Below, one piece after another: positions 63,531 to 64,000 of a DNA stretch of 64,000 bases (position 1 is the stretch's first letter; every line of letters starts with the position of its first letter). The DNA comes from Antedon mediterranea (taxonomy: Eukaryota; Animalia; Echinodermata), in the NCBI RefSeq assembly GCF_964355755.1, contig NC_092677.1, forward strand, positions 16,018,101 to 16,082,100, read 5' to 3'. Under the pieces are notes generated by a model. It made no database searches, was not told the DNA's origin, and was given only the letters and a program-made list of their open reading frames with translations. The position numbers and the translations under genes were made by a program.

Positions 63531-64000
63531 CAGCATAGTGGTTCATGAAAATGCAGAAGTAGAAAACACTATCAAAGACTTTTTTGTATTTACAATTTAT
63601 TTATCTGTGAAGATATAGCCTATTAAACTTGTGTTGTTTAATTAATACAAGCTTAAACTAATAAGTTGAAGCTAGAGATTGATGTCACATTGGGAAGACA
63701 CACAAGATCCATTGGATGCACATCTGATGTCTGTAGTTATGTTAGTCTCACCTTGTGGCAACATCTACAATCATATTATGTGAACCCCAGGGGACAAATT
63801 ATGGGTTAAAACCAACAGTTTATTTCTAGCTACACACTCTCGTCATAAAGCTTAATTAATTTGGAGTAGCCTAAACAGTGTATACAGTACATGTGTAATT
63901 TGTATTTTCTTCATGTCTCAATTTAAATAGTAATGATATTAATTAGTTAAATTACTACGACTACTACCTGAGTCGGCATAATGCGAAATGAATATTTTGG

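Overview
AT-rich eukaryotic genomic DNA from a marine invertebrate, probably an echinoderm (inferred from gene and repeat content). There are three convincing protein-coding genes. (i) An intronless sulfotransferase-fold gene of the 'branched-chain aminotransferase-like' N-terminal family (3804-4676, minus). It is the only intact member of a five-copy tandem array at 0.2-14.4 kb; the other four are pseudogenes. (ii) A 4-exon gene for a 227-aa secreted protein with an uncharacterised domain plus one EGF repeat (15677-18583, minus). (iii) A 13-coding-exon FAM234-like FG-GAP type II membrane protein of about 924 aa (30766-37752, plus). The rest is dense in mobile and repeated DNA: Helitrons, HINE/DINE-like elements, Harbinger-type elements carrying Myb/SANT fragments, a MULE-like foldback, a Penelope relic, a young 5'-truncated Rex1/Babar LINE, SINEs, tRNA-Val-like sequences and three tandem arrays. 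The most notable unexplained signals are a tandemly repeated divergent Pol III-like cassette (a tRNA-like unit plus a tRNA-headed structured RNA), P-element-type excision footprints with 7-bp TSDs, and strong enrichment of TAGGCCTA, which appears as an insertion at TA sites when paralogs are compared. All coordinates were read by eye, and repeat boundaries are approximate.
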